This document shows, in pieces, positions 31,826 through 32,000 of a stretch of 32,000 bases of DNA. Below the pieces are notes generated by a model. The model saw only the letters and a program-made list of their open reading frames with translations, did no database searches and was not told the DNA's origin. The DNA lies in the sequence record OY253665.1, one strand, 5' to 3'. Both the position numbers and the translations under genes were made by a program. Position 1 is the stretch's first letter; each line of letters begins with the position of its first letter.

Positions 31826-31899
31826 GCCTGTTTAGCTCAGTTGGTAGAGCATTCGCCTCATACGCGAATCCGTCACTCGTTCAAATCGAGTAGCAGGTA
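31826..31899 (+). tRNA. second tRNA with anticodon CAU (Met, or Ile if C34 is modified to lysidine)
   Basis: Acceptor gcctgtt/agcaggt, D-arm gctcagttggtagagc, anticodon stem ttcgc/gcgaa with loop ctcatac, T-arm actcg-ttcaaat-cgagt. Confidence 0.75.
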
Positions 31900-31907
31900 T
31901 CACGTAA

Positions 31908-31979
31908 TGGGGTGTCGTCAAGAGGTAAGGCATCGGAATTTGGATCCGACATTCAAAGGTTCGAATCCTTTCACCCCAG
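31908..31979 (+). tRNA. trnQ(uug): tRNA-Gln (UUG)
   Basis: Acceptor tggggtg/cacccca (U1-A72), anticodon stem tcgga/tccga with loop atttgga, T-arm aaagg-ttcgaat-ccttt. Confidence 0.85.
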
Positions 31980-32000
31980 GCTTATGCCGTGTTTACTTAT

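Overview
The window is about 32 kb of a compact, intron-free, gene-rich mitochondrial genome of algal or protist type, at roughly 38-40% GC. I could not assign a lineage from sequence alone. I annotate 30 protein genes: rps10, rps13, rpl16, rps4, rps19, an rpl10-like ORF, rps3, rps14, atp1, nad1, nad4, rps12, rps7, cox2, cox3, atp6, cob, nad3, atp9, rps2, rpl5, nad6, nad5, nad7, tatC, nad9, atp8, atp4, nad2 and nad4L. There are also both rRNAs (rnl, rns) and 21 hand-folded tRNAs. Everything is on the + strand except one block, trnC-trnL(CAA)-tatC. The genetic code looks standard: trnW has anticodon CCA, conserved genes have no in-frame TGA, and stops are 29 TAA, 1 TGA and 0 TAG. cox1, rrn5 and several tRNAs are absent and presumably lie outside the window. 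I found no mobile elements, CRISPR arrays, introns or foreign gene cassettes, so I see no novel multi-gene system here. The unexplained structure is RNA-level. (1) Spacers are built almost entirely of strong, often perfect, stem-loops that are unrelated in sequence. Several have a distal arm that is a reverse-complement copy of the last codons plus the stop codon of the upstream gene. (2) trnL(UAA) and trnR(UCU) overlap by 3 nt. (3) A tRNA(CAA) paralogous to trnL(UAA) lacks the long variable arm. (4) A single inverted transcription block is bounded by a 28-nt divergent spacer and an 18-bp hairpin at the convergence point. All tRNA folds and hairpins were checked by eye only, and coordinates may be off by 1-2 nt.
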